From Vairimorpha necatrix (taxonomy: Eukaryota), in NCBI GenBank assembly GCA_036630325.1, contig CP142727.1, forward strand, positions 744,001-808,000: a stretch of DNA of 64,000 nt. The letters are read 5' to 3'. Under the pieces are notes generated by a model that saw only the letters and a list, made by a program, of their open reading frames with translations, ran no database searches and was not told where the DNA came from. The position numbers were made by a program, and so were the translations under genes. Each line of letters starts with the position of its first letter. Positions within the stretch are counted from its first letter, which is position 1. Below are positions 12,472 to 25,756 of this stretch, one piece after another.

Positions 12472-12742
12472 TGTGATATTAATTGCCACCTTCTTGATTT
12501 ATTTTTATTTTCTCCGAGTGAATTTTCTAGAAAAATATTTTCGATTTTATTTTACCCACATAAAAGGATGAAACATCAAAAGAACTACGGGAAGTCTCAA
12601 AGAGACTTACCCCTCACAAGAGGACGGAGTATCTCCCACACGGGATACTAATAAAAATAACGTAATTAAACTAATTTGAATGCAGAAAGTTCATTTTGGA
12701 TGCTATTTACAGCAAGACCATCTCTTCGGTTGTAAGACCACA
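12472..12742. mobile_element. Solo LTR (271 bp)
   Basis: TGTG...CACA ends, TSD TATAT, absent from the paralogous site at ~5680, similar to 14751-15069. Confidence 0.8.
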
Positions 12743-12901
12743 TATATAATTATATAATTCTAATCTATTCTTTTATTTATATTTTATTTATCGAGTAACT
12801 TGAAGGAGTTTTGATAATTAGAGATGATATAGTTAATAAAGAAAACGGAACAACTTGCCTCAATACAAAAAATAATCACAAAAGTAAATTCTACGAAAAA
12901 T

Positions 12902-13243
12902 TTATTTTTTTTCAGAATTCAATACATTTGCCCACTTATATAAATACAACAAATATTTGCGATCTACATCGTCGCAGTTTTTATTTTTTCTTTCTTCTGG
13001 TGTCATGTTTCTTCTTTTCTTTTGAAACCACCATTTAATTGAATTTATATTCAAATCGAGAAGCCCGCTCAAGTCTTCTACTAAATTCAATGATGGCCAT
13101 TGAACTCTTTCATAGGTGTGAAAGAGCACATACTCTTTAACCTGCGTATAGCTTCTTGGTTTGTATCTTTTGTTTTCTTTTTTTAGTTTTATCAATCCAA
13201 ATAGAGCCTCCGCCAAAGTATTATCGTTTAAGAAGTTATTCAT
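12902..13243 (-). CDS. Atypical homeodomain protein, 113 aa (HD copy 2; C-terminus replaced by a deletion)
   Basis: Near-identical to 6184..6546 up to WANVL, then joined to sequence that lies ~365 bp further downstream in copy 1. Confidence 0.8.
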   Translation of the reverse strand: MNNFLNDNTLAEALFGLIKLKKENKRYKPRSYTQVKEYVLFHTYERVQWPSLNLVEDLSGLLDLNINSIKWWFQKKRRNMTPEERKNKNCDDVDRKYLLYLYKWANVLNSEKK

Positions 13244-14395
13244 ACCCCGTGGAGAAATAAATAATTAAATACTTAAATATTAATATAAAATTATATTTAA
13301 TATATTATGTTACTAATTAAGACTGTTTTTTCGAAAAAAGCAGGGAAGCTAATTAATGCAACTTTAACAATAATAATATATTATAATGTAGAAATTTACA
13401 AATTGGTGTAATATGATTTGTATATGCAATAAAATGATTTTCATGATTATTGTTCATTGATTTATCATTATTAATATATATATATATATATTGATCGATT
13501 ACATTTGTTTACTATTATATCAAATATGAGCTATAGCATTTGTATTTAATTAATCAAACTTTTAAAAGCATTATTTTATATAAACATTCTAATAATTGTC
13601 ATTTCAAATATTTATGAATATTTTATTGGTGAATTTAATCAGACAACATACATGACACAAAAAATTACATAAAAAAATATATTATTGATGTATTTTCATA
13701 AAATTCATTTGTTTTGGGAAATAATCAAAACGTGTCAAATATTTTGATGTTTTATTAATTATGCGTCATAAAATATAAAAAATGTGTAATATTTATACAA
13801 AGAATTCGCATTTATATGGTAATTTATGATTCATGTTGCTTTAAAAATATTCCAGAGTTTTGAAAGGAATATGGAATATAACTGCTAACTTTACGTTCTT
13901 TCTATGCAAAAACTAAAAAATAAATATAAATAAAATGTTTGGCTGTATTGGAATACATAATCCTTAGTATTAACTCAACAAGAAATGGATTTTTATTAGA
14001 AAAGTAAACTAATAAATTAATAATTAATATGTACATTCTTACTGTATAATTTACAAAAAAATCAAACTTGCTCAATAAATTTTATCAATAACAACTTTAA
14101 CTTGTACAGTATTTATTTTACAATTGAAGTCATATTAGTAACCATTATAAATACCATTTTTTAGATTTTCCCTCCTTCAAATCGAAATAAATTAAAGCAG
14201 TGTGATAAAATTAGTAAAAAATTAATTTTATTATTCTTAAAATTTCTTGACAATGCAATTAATGCTATTAATTTTTCTTCTATTTGCGACATTTTTTAGT
14301 TTACATAAATCGGGTCTTTTATAACTATAAGATCTTGGTTATTTTCTAAATTAGTTCTAAATAATATTTTTGGCTGATAAGTATAGATTTTTTTG

Positions 14396-15790
14396 GGCAT
14401 AAGTAAACATTAGCTACAAAAAATCGATATAAGGTTTTTTTTGTCTTTTTTGCCCCTTTTTTTCAAAAACAGAAGAAAAAAAATGTTAGGAAAAAACAAA
14501 AATAGAAAAAATTAAATAAATAGTTATGACAACATACGGTAAAAAAATATATAAAAGCTTCATATACTATATCAACGTTCTGGGCAAAAATCAGCATCTT
14601 TGTAAAAAAAACTGGGGGTCAAAATTTTTAAAAAGTAGCCCCTTTTTTAAAAAAGGAACGGAATGATGATTAATAAAGAGAATGAAGATTTTTACGAACG
14701 TCTGCTAAACAAGAAATATAAGCAGAAAAGTAAAATATGCCCTTGGTATATGTGGTATTATTTACCACATTATTTTATTTTTATTTATTTCCCTCCAAAT
14801 GAATTTTCTAGAAAATATTTTGCTATAAATATTTTCTTTTTACTTTACCACAAATTTTTGGAAGATGAGAAGAACTGGAAACAAAGACAGGTACAGTGAC
14901 ATCGGAAAGGCCTCTCATACCTTACCCCCCTCACATGAGAAACCAATCTAGCCCACAATGGAAATACAATAAACACAATTTAAATAAAAATATACTTAAT
15001 AGTATTGCAGGGAGGAGCATCATCGAATGCTACTTACAAACAGGACACCTCCCCGGTGGTAACACCACAGTATACAAATATAGTTTTTAACGAAACTAGT
15101 TACTTAAGGTGTAAAGCTGAAAAGTACAGACATAAATTTCAGTTTGGAATAATTCATTATATGAAAACACTAGACTAGATCATTATCTGATTTAAAAATA
15201 ATAAATTGTGGATAATGGGAATTAAAGTGTTACATATATCAAGAATTTTGGGATGTAATGTACAAAATGTAAGTTACACTTGCAAAAATTATGCAATTTA
15301 AATATTTTTAAGAGGTATTTAAATAATAGAAGCAGATAGGAGGCTAAGATGTCGTAGTATAGAATGTTGAGAAGAAATTTTGAAAAGATAGATATAATTG
15401 GGAAAACTTGTTAAGAAAGGGGTTGGTGTTTTTTATAGGGATGGTAGAAAGAATCGAATTAAAGAATATAGTTTTTATAATCAGCTTAAAACACAAGGGC
15501 ATATTGCTTCCAATCATTCTTAAGTAATTGGTTTTAATCCGTCATCCATTCGAATATTCGGAAGGTATATAACATTAAAACATCATTATGTGGTGTATAG
15601 AACTGTGGATCCTAGTCAAGCATTTACAGACTCAAATACAGGTGTCCATACAAATACCATCAAGGGATTTGAAGGTCTTTTTAATCCTCTGTACACAATT
15701 GAGTTTTCACGAATGAAATTGCTAAAATTTAATCAACTCTTTATATGATAAAATTATAAGAGTCAATACACCTTCAAAGCATTTTTAAAT
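14396..15790 (+). mobile_element. Highly decayed Merlin (IS1595-like) transposon remnant, interrupted by a solo LTR; ends approximate
   Basis: TIR-like CGATATAAGGTTTTTTTTGTCTTTTTTGCCCCTTTTT resembles the ends at 21412 and 24734. Remnant GMVER (~15438) and TGVHTNTI (~15638) transposase motifs. Confidence 0.6.
14751..15069. mobile_element. Solo LTR (319 bp)
   Basis: TGTGGT...ACCACA inverted termini, TSD GTATA at 14746-14750 and 15070-15074. Confidence 0.8.
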
Positions 15791-16389
15791 TTTGTTTTTG
15801 ATATTTTTTAGTTATCAATGTCTGACGACGAAACAACGCTGACAATAAGAATCACTAAATGTGAGTGATTTCTATTCAATATATATGTGAAGATTGATGA
15901 GATTGACAAGGATTGATTAATATTGAACATAAGCATATAGAGAATTACTTCTACTTCTGCAATTTACTCTTTTCAGGGAAGACGTCGAAATGGTATTCCA
16001 AATATTTCTTATTTATTTATTTTCCAGCCCTACTCTTCATCATAAGTCTAAAACACAATTCAAATAAATCTATGAATGATACTCCGTCTTCAATTTCAGA
16101 ACCCCCGTGCCAAGCACACTTAATGTATATCTACACAATTTACATATTTATTACATTATAGACGTTTCTGAAGTCTTTTTTAATTTTTTTTTAAATTGGC
16201 AATTTGTACAATTTTGATCCTTTTTTTTTTCTACACCAATGCTGATATAGCCTTTTGGCCTAATATTTATTTATGTGAAATTGATAATTTTTATTTTTAG
16301 ACAAAAAGCTAAAATTTAACAATTCTTCTTAGTAAATACGCGATTATGTAGTTATATTAAATGAATAGGTAACAAGCTTATACATTTTG

Positions 16390-17000
16390 ATAATGGTCGT
16401 GTGGAAATAAAAGTATGGCAAAAATATACTAATCTTAAGGAGATTCATAATAAGCCTGACATTCTTGTGCTTGACAAAAATAAGAAAGAAATTTTGATAG
16501 TTGAAGCTGGTATCAGGATCGGGGAACGACTTACTTACTATAGTCGAGAATAAAAAACTATAAAAATATGCCCTTTTTACAGATGAAACGTGACTAATAC
16601 ATAAACCCCGCACAAAAATAGTTCCGTTTTTAATGACATAGGATGTAGCGGCGACCAAATACCACAGAAAGTACATCGGAGAGTTATAATTCCAACCTTA
16701 CCTTGAAGCATAAATCCATTTTATTGTGCTGAAGAAGACTCTAGAGTCCATATCCTTAGATCGGCGTTATGAAACGTCCAGGAGGATGCAGGAGAGGAAG
16801 AAGTCCCCGACATGTCGGCGCAAGAAAATATGGCGACTATTAAAGAAGTGATGTTGTTGAAAGATCGTGGAACCGAAAAATCTGGATAGAAAAATGAAAA
16901 TAATGTAACAGAGACTATAGTCTGTAAAGAGATGAATCTAATGTGTGATACCAGGGCAAGAAGATGTGTTGTAAACGTTAAAAATATATGAAAATAAACA
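16390..17000 (+). mobile_element. Decayed 3' fragment of REL-type LINE; ends approximate
   Basis: CATAATAAGCCTGACATTCTTGTG (HNKPDILV) and AAGAAGACTCTAGAGTCCAT are shared with 11678-12362. Confidence 0.75.
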
Positions 17001-17486
17001 CATTAAATTAATTCTGTTTTTTTAATATTCGCTGAGATAATATACAGACAAGAATCATCGTAATGACTTGGAAAGACTGACGATAGTCAGTTGGCAAATT
17101 AGTAAGCTTTTTCCGGATCGCAAGAAGAAGGAAGATTACAGAATTCGATTCTAGAGGTAGAAGAACAGTTACAAGGAAAATCTAAAGATATTGTTTTTTT
17201 GCATTTTTAAATGAATCATTATGGCTACATAATTTAGACAAATTATCTTTTTTATTTTATTAAACATTTGTTTAAAGCAGTCTGCTTTGTTTGATGGCGC
17301 GTTGATGCGTCATCAATGAAACGTTTGACAGTTGATGGTTCTGACATTTGGCGGCGTGGTGTAGGAATTTATCATATCCATAATTACAAAAAAGATGACA
17401 ACACATCGGTCTAACGTTAAAAGTCCAATATATGTTGTTACATTTATAAATTTAAAAATTAAATTAATTGTACCCTTTTATTAACT

Positions 17487-18329
17487 ATGACGATAGAGAA
17501 TACCAAAGAAAACAAGAAACAGCTTAAAGAGCTGTTTTTATGTTATTACCCCAGCTTGGATAATCATAAGATAATGCAGTTATCTTATGATATCCTAAGT
17601 AAGGAATGTAAGGTGTCGCAAACAAATCTGCACAATTTCTTGGAAGCGGCCATAAGTAAATATAATGATATTCCTTATCATAATGCTACCCATGGGTTCA
17701 ATGCATTATATAATGGGAATATCTTATTGAAACTGATAAATAAACCAAATAATGAACGACAGGTCAAGTTTATTTTCTTAGTCTGTTGCTTATTGCACGA
17801 TATAGGCCATCCGGGTGTTATTTGTTATGGACACGAAAAAATTGATTTAGAGAATCATCATGCAGAACTCATAAAAAAGCTGTTATCGAAATTTTTGCCA
17901 GAGTACGTGACAGAAGTTAATATAAAGTTAATTACGGAGTTGATTTTATCTACGAATTTGAATTTGCATAGTGAGCTGTTAAATACATTTAAATACAAAT
18001 ATTTAGGCCACAAATCTAAAAATAACATAGAACACAATTCAATCGATTTAACAATGCTAATTAAAATTGCAGATATTGGAGCATCGTACAAAAAATTCGA
18101 TGATTTCATGTGTGGAAGTAAAAAGCTTGAGGAAGAAATGTTTGGTAAAAATACTGAAGATACCAGTAAAAGACTTGAAAAGGATAAATCCTTTTTGATA
18201 AATTATTCCTTGCCACTAGCAGAAGTGTTTTCTACGGTTTTTACAGATTTTAAATTTTTACATGAACAAGCCATTGAAAATCTAAGAAAAATAAAAAAAT
18301 ACAATAAAAAATATTATTTAAAAAAATAA
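17487..18329 (+). CDS. Class I cyclic-nucleotide phosphodiesterase, catalytic domain only, 280 aa (type B; the only full-length copy)
   Basis: PYHNATH, LLHDIGHPG, DLENHH, LILST and LIKIADI are the HD-type PDE metal-binding motifs in the expected order. CCC motif upstream. Confidence 0.9.
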   Translation: MTIENTKENKKQLKELFLCYYPSLDNHKIMQLSYDILSKECKVSQTNLHNFLEAAISKYNDIPYHNATHGFNALYNGNILLKLINKPNNERQVKFIFLVCCLLHDIGHPGVICYGHEKIDLENHHAELIKKLLSKFLPEYVTEVNIKLITELILSTNLNLHSELLNTFKYKYLGHKSKNNIEHNSIDLTMLIKIADIGASYKKFDDFMCGSKKLEEEMFGKNTEDTSKRLEKDKSFLINYSLPLAEVFSTVFTDFKFLHEQAIENLRKIKKYNKKYYLKK

Positions 18330-18699
18330 AGTTCTTTGTTCCTATTAATACATTTTTTGAATCATTTTTCTGGTGTTTTCCGTTGTAGGGATGTAAAAGC
18401 TGCTTAAAACTTTAGAAAAAAAAATCATAAAGAGACTGCTTCGAAAAAAAACTGTAAACTGATGTTTCCCCATCAGTCTTAGAAGACGGATTAAATTTAG
18501 AATATTGATTATTAATCTTCAGAGCATGATTTTCTTTTATATTAATAGGCGGGAAATATTGTGCATTTTCTCCCATAAACATAGTTGGGGAAGCAGGGGA
18601 CAGTGCTTATAGAATAGCATTCTCGGGTCACCAGGTCCATCCTAGGGATACTGTATATCTGTTAATTGGCTATCACATTTGTTTATTAAAGGATATATA

Positions 18700-20885
18700 G
18701 TTATTTTTTAAAACAAACTACTAAGTGTTTTTTTCTCGCTTCAGTATAGACGTTTTTGCACGACTTGTCTCAGTATTGCTCGTGAATTCAGTTCTCCACT
18801 GATTATAGTTTCTGTATATTGTTTACGTTTTTTACTATAAATTTTCAGCTGCATTCTTTATCAAAGACCACTTCTTTAACAGTCGCCATATTCGCTAGTG
18901 GGCTTACAGCTCTAGACACTTCTTCCCCTCCTGCATCCTCCTGATCGTATCTTCGTCGTTGCAAAGATATATCCTCTAAAGTCTTCTTCGGCACAATAGA
19001 CTGGATGATGCTTCAAAAGAGGCGGTTTCCTAGCACCCTGACGTACTTTATACGATTTTTGGTGACATACCATCCCATGCCATTATCTAAGGAACTAGTT
19101 TTGTGCAAATTTTATTTAGTCCTAGTTAATCTGCATGAGGGGCATATTTCTATAGTTTCTTATTCTCGACTATATTAATTAATCCAGGGGCTGTACCAAC
19201 TTCAACTATTAAAATTTCTTTTTTCTTGTCAAACACAAGAATGTCAGGCTTATTATAAATCTCCTCAAAATTAGTGAAATCCTCGTATTTATGTTATATT
19301 TCAAACAATCTCTAAAAGTGAGTGTCCATGTGTTTTTTCCCTCTTCTTAAACTCCTATTTCTTACATAGTTTAATATGAATGCATTAAACTATCTCGCTG
19401 TGTCTTTTCATACAATCCATCCTAAACATTCGATCAAAATGGGTAGCTAAATGGTCCACGGTCTTTCTATGAGATAGACAATGGAAACATGTTTCTCTTT
19501 CCACAGAAAATATTTCTATTTTGTGTGAAGAAATAAATTGTTTCGGATCTAACCCGATTGTTACTTTGACCTGTCAGGTCCAGAGTCCCGTATTGAAATA
19601 AATTTTTATTCCAGCTTTAATCAACTTTCCATAGTTTTTCCTTTGTCAATTTTGTTGTAAAGCGCTTCTTTTAGATTCTTCTTGTAATATCTCCTACAAA
19701 GCTATGCCTACTCTTAGATATTTATTATATAATCAAGTAAGATTTACTATAGGCTTCTACTTTAAATACTGCCGCCCGCACTATGAGCTATTTCTAGACA
19801 GTCTAATGTTTTTTATATTTTAGAAAAATACTATTGCTTCTTTGTTTATTACTGATGAGCCCTTTACCTTTATGGGTCTAAATATGTGCATTTTTTTCTG
19901 TAGGCGAGCTGTAGATGAATCTGGTAATCAATAATTTCCTGCCGGATACCAGAATCGAGACGTTAAAATATATTGACCCTAAATTTAACAATATTAAATG
20001 TTTGTTTACTACTGAAAACATACTTATAAATAACTCAACTCATATTCATACTATTTAATTTTGTCTTGCGCAGTTTTTAAACCCTCTAAAGGATTTTACT
20101 CCTTTATTTTTCAAAGATTCTCTTTTCACAGCACTAGATCCATCCTCTGTTATTTCAAGGTGTTTATTTTTTTGATGCTTTTTTAGGTTTCCCGCATCTT
20201 CACTACAATCACTACAGTTAGTTGCAGACTTATTCCTGTTCATTTCTAAACCTACAGCCGGGAAAAAATTTTAGTTTCCTCAAGCATCAGATTCTAAGCA
20301 ACATTATTCTCAACGATGAGCTTAAGATTATTAATACATAGAAGATGGTTTATTTAAAAAAGCTTACATAAGTCTGTATTTCCTTTTTTAAGAAGAATTC
20401 GGGTTCCTTCTCAACGGATCCATACATAGTACAAACAAAAGCGGCGACAAGGAATCCTCTTGTAATAAGCCTCTTTCAACCTTATTATTCAGTGTCGTTT
20501 CCGATCCTGATTTTATCTCAATGTGGCGCCTTTTAACGTAGTTTCAGGGTATGTTCAATCATTGAAGATGATCTAACTTGAAGATACTTGTTTTAGATAA
20601 GAATGGTCTACAAAGTCGTAGGCCTTCTTTACATCTATCCTCGTGGTCTTTACCTTTCTCTATGTTCTTTAATGACTGTTATATTGATTATAGCATGTAC
20701 GTTTGCTGTTTGGACTTGTCTGATGACCTTAGTTGATTCTCTGCTTTTGATCTATACTTTTTAAAATTATGCTGCATTACTTTATAGTGCAGTTCGTGTA
20801 AGCTTTTAGAGCTTGTACAACAGTTAATAAGACTAAAGTCATTACCACGTATGGGAGAACCTTTGGTATTAAATAAGTAATCTTT
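18700..20885 (-). mobile_element. Decayed REL-type LINE (part of RT to 3' end); ends approximate
   Basis: Colinear with 42100-44340. The minus strand shows LLFVLCMDPL, NHLL, a CCHC remnant with HLATHFDRM, and NKPDILVFDK. Confidence 0.8.
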
Positions 20886-21411
20886 TTGCGTACAAAACTT
20901 TATATATAGATATAAAATACTATTGTTTCTTTTGTTCTTCATAATATTTACTTTTTTTACATATAATTACAGTTTTTTTTTACATTACAATACATAATAA
21001 AGTAAAAACTTATCAATACGTTATGTAGAATATTATAAGCGTTTACAATGCTATGGTAAATATGAATAGAAAAAGCAACGATTATAAAAAAATATTTTTT
21101 TAACGATATGAATATCAAAAGTAAGTCCTTAATTTGTGATTAAAAATGCTCACCTACGAAGGGTACGTAATATTACATGTTATACATTTATTTGATAAAA
21201 TGTTCAACCCCTATATCTCTCTCCAGACGAGCATTCTCACGCTGCAAATATTTTGCTTCCCATTTTTATATTCTTTAAAGTCATAGTATCGTTTCTTTAT
21301 GTGTCTCCCGTTATTAGTCTTTACAATTTAAAAATCATTCTCATACGTTTGCATTATTTTACCAACACTTGTAAATCTTCCTTTCATACTTTACATCTCT
21401 TTACTCAAGTT

Positions 21412-22417
21412 GGCTAATGTCGGCTTTAGCAGAAAATTTTTGATATAGGGTTTTTTTTGTTTTTTGCCTCTTTTTCTCAAAAATGGAGGAGAAAATTTAA
21501 ACAAGAGAGCAATTAGAAAACATATATAATGCATTATTAACCAAATTAAAATAAAGAATTGTAAATTATATGATGCTCAGAACATAATAAAGAATAAACA
21601 AAAACTTATCTTGAAGTGTAAATGGAGTACTTGTAAAAAAAACAGTTTCAATATGGAAAGGTACTTTATATCAAGATTCTGGACTTAACCATATTACAGT
21701 ATTACAACACTTAATATGTGGATTCTAGGATATCCTCGAAAATTTATTTGTCAAATTTTGGGTTGGAGGCGGAATCTGTGTCATTTATACTAAAAAAGTT
21801 AAAAGAATTGGATATTTATAAAAAATATTTATCTAGTATTGGCGTTATAGGCGGTGAAAACAAAGTAGTGGAAATCGATGAGACGAAGATTGGCAAGAAT
21901 AAGAATAATAGAGGTAGAATTGTGAAAGGTTTCTGGTGTTTTGGTATGGTCGAACGTATCATACACCGCCGAATTATATTTATATATATTAAGAAAAGAG
22001 ACCAAATAACGCTAACTAATCTTTTGTTAAAATATGTAGACAGAAATAGTATAATTTATAGCGATATGTGGAGAGCCTACCGTAATTTAGGCTTAATATG
22101 TAACAAACATCTAATGGTAAATCATTCTCTACGCTTTAGAGACCCACTTACTGAAGTTCATACCAATACCATAGAAGGTAATTGGCGATCTTTAAAAAAT
22201 TCTATACCAAATAGAAATAAATCAGTTCGAAGTGCATAGCTTTATTTATTCAGCTATATGCTTCAAAGAAATTCTTCTAGTTCTGTGTTTGAAGCATTAA
22301 TAAATTTATTGTTTTAATTTATTTTTGTTTCTTCCTCCAAATTTTTTCTCCTCCCTTTTTGAAAAAAGGGGCAAAAAAACCTATATCGAAAATTTTCTCC
22401 TAAAGCCGACATTAGCC
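21412..22417 (+). mobile_element. Merlin/IS1595-like DNA transposon (1.0 kb), transposase disrupted
   Basis: TIR GGCTAATGTCGGCTTTAG at both ends, imperfect 8-bp TSD CTCAAGTT/CTAAAGTA. ORF 21718..22239 has VEIDET, SDMWRAY, VNHS and HTNTIEGNW. Confidence 0.9.
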
Positions 22418-24733
22418 CTAAAGTATTCTCTTCTTGCGGTTCCTACAATCTGATCTATTATAAATTTTTCTATATGCCTTAGTATGGATTTACTTGCATA
22501 CACGTCCTTTTCATCGTTTTCTATAAAAACTTTTCTCCTTGGTCCTTCCATGATTCCATTGGTGTACATTTTATCGCTGTATGTAGAATGTTATTATTGT
22601 TTTGAACAGCTTGTTCTAGTTTTTTCTCTGGGTTCTCTTCTTTTTGTTTGATAATTGATTCCATTATTGTTTTTACTATCGTTCTGTTCTTCCATTGAAC
22701 CTTTGACTATCAAAACCTACTTTCCGTTGCTTAATTCCGTTTTCTTTACACCAAATTACAAATTTCTCACTAACAAATTCCTTACCCTTACCCGTAATAT
22801 ATTCATCTAGGTATCTATATCCATTTTTCTAAAGTTTTTAAAATAATATCACTTTCTGTATTTTCCATCTTTGCGGCACATATTTTCTCGTAAAGTAGTC
22901 GATTTATAATGGCAAGTGTATTCCCTTTCCCCCAATGTCCATTACGTCTGAAACTAATTTCTTAAAACTTTAATGTTGTTACAAAACTGCAGCCTCCGGT
23001 CGTTTTTTTGTTATTATATTGCATACTTTAAATTTTTTAACAATGTCGTTACTTTCTTTCAAAGCTGGCAATACCATATTTGTTATATCTTATAATGTGT
23101 TCCCTTAGCACCAAAATGATTTAGTTTCTCAAAACTCTTCTGATTTGTGTTTATTTTAGTTCTTTGTGTAGTATTCATTTAATTTCTTCTGTTGAGAACT
23201 TTCATTAGTTTCCCCCCTCTCTTTATACCATGTGTTTTATATCCCTTTCATCTGTTTTGGGGTCTGTTCCTCTTTTCGCTTCGTTATTTTCAATTTGTTC
23301 ACTAAGAGCATCTACATCCGTCATAATTTCTTCTTTAACATATTTAATAGTAAAGTCTAACTCTTGTATATATTATATCCATCTATTAATTCTGATATTG
23401 TTGAAAAACGGTTTGTCTCTAATCTCAGCCAAAGCTTTATGATCTGTCATTAAATGAATTTTGTTCTTCGTAAATCTAACTCAAATTTCTTTATTCCAAC
23501 TAATACTTCAAACATCTATTTTCACTAATTGCATGCCTTTTTTCTGTTGGTGTTGACATTTTTAATGCCCATTGATCGGTATCCAACCTCTTTACTTGTC
23601 CTTACAAAATAATATGGCTCCAAATTCCGCATCCATGCGTCCGTTCTTACTCTAAACATTCTCTGTCTGTCTAATATTTTACAATTATTCAACAACCCCC
23701 AGATTCTTTTATATACATAAAGGTCATCTCATATCTTCGGACCGCTCCCATTTAACTTCTTTTTTTAGTGCTTCTGTAAGTCGTGCTGTCCTATAATCAA
23801 ATTCGGAATAAATCTCTAAAACAGCATGCCAACCTTAAAAATCTTAAGCTCTTTTATGGTATAGTCCTTCTGTATTCGAATGTCTTTTGCTTTTTTTTCG
23901 TTTGATTTGATGTCTTCTCCGTTAAATGTTACTCAAGTAGTTTCACTTCTCCTAATTTGTATTGTATCTTCTTGTAGTTTTATTTTACACATTCTTATAA
24001 TTTCCGTTTACTTATTCCAATAAATGATCGTGTATATTCTATCTCTTGCATAAATACTAATATCATCCATGAACACCTCATTACCTTTGCATCTAATTTA
24101 TCTAAACTTCCGCTTATCACTCTTTTCATAATATGGGGATAATAATTGAATCCCTTTTGTATACTCTACAATTTATCTCAAACGCCCTATTATGTTTGTG
24201 ATGTTCCTCAATTTCTAGATGATAGAATCCTTCCTTTAGGTTTATAGCCGTAAATACTTTAAAACCTTAGGATACTCTAAATTGTTCTAATCAGGGCAAT
24301 TCATACGGATCATTATAAACAAGATTGGTTAAAGCCATCAAATTGCTTACTAATCTCACTTCTACATTTTCTTTTCTATAGAATTACTAGGGGTTTCCAC
24401 TCTGTCTTTGTCCTTCTGATTAAATATCTACTTTCTAATGAATACACATATACTGTTTAACACTACGTAGGTTACAAAAAATATTTTGTTGTTTAGAAAA
24501 TTCTTTACTCCTTGTTTTGTATTAATATCACATTTTCCCCCTTAAAGTATTATATTTTCCCCTTGTCTTTTCATAATACTTCTGGAAATTTTTCTTCCAT
24601 TTCTTTTTATTATTATATTTTTTCTCCTTCCTCTTAAATTTTAGCGTCCACTTAAAAATTGTTTCTTGAGTATTTCTTTTTACCTCTTCTAATAGTCTTA
24701 GTTAAAATCATTTGCTTACAATTTTCTTAATTT

Positions 24734-25756
24734 GGCTAAAGTTAGCTTTAGGACGCAAATTTCGATATAGGGTTTTTTTGTTTTTTTTGCCCTTTTTTTT
24801 AAAAAATGGAAGAAAGAATAATGACAAGAGCAGAATTAGAAATAGTGTATAAAAATCTAATTACTAAAAGACAAAATCAGATTTGCAGTGTGTGTGATAA
24901 TAGAATGAGATTCACGAGAAAACAGAGTTGTGTTTTAATTTGTACCTGGAAAGATTGTAAGAAGCAAACATCGATATGAACGAATACTTTCTTTGAAAAC
25001 TTCAAACTCGATCATATCACAATTTTGCAGGTACTAAATTTGTGGATTCTTGGCTATTCTCGTAAATTCATTTTCCAAATTCTCTGTTGTTCAAAACCTT
25101 CGATATCTTATTACTTAAAAAATTAAAGGAATTAAACCTCTATGATAAATATTTATCATCTTTAAACAAGATAGGAGGAGAAGATATAATTGTTGAAATT
25201 GATGAAACTAAAATCGGAAAAAATAAATATAACAGAGGAAAATTAGTGAAGGGGTTTTGGTGTTTCGGCATGATAGAACGTACTATCGAACGTAAGATTG
25301 TGGTTCTATATATTAAGAAAAGAGATAAAAAACTCGTACAGATCTCTTATTGAAATTCGTTGATACAAAAAGTACTATACATAGTGATATGTGGAGGGCC
25401 TATCTTTCTTTGGGCACCTTATTTAAAAAACATTATATGATAAACCACTCATTAAACTTTCGAGATCCAAATATTGGAGTACACACCAATACCATTGAAG
25501 GTAATTGGCGTTCACTCAAAAATTCTATACCTAACAGAAATAGGTTCAAAACCAGCGCAAAACTTTATTTACTAAGGTATATGCTCCAGAGAAATTCCTC
25601 TAATTCTGTTTTCGATGTATTATTAAATTTATTGTTCTAATTTTAATTTTTGTTCCTTCCTCTACATTTTCTTTCTTCCATTTTTTTAAAAAAGGGGAAA
25701 AAAAAAAACAAAAAAAACCCTATATCGAAATTTGCGTCCTAAAGCTAACTTTAGCC
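24734..25756 (+). mobile_element. Merlin/IS1595-like DNA transposon (1.0 kb), transposase frameshifted
   Basis: Perfect TIR GGCTAAAGTTAGCTTTAGGACGCAAATTTCGATATAGGG and perfect 8-bp TSD CTTAATTT. ORFs 25087..25353 and 25350..25640 carry DDE motifs. Confidence 0.93.
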
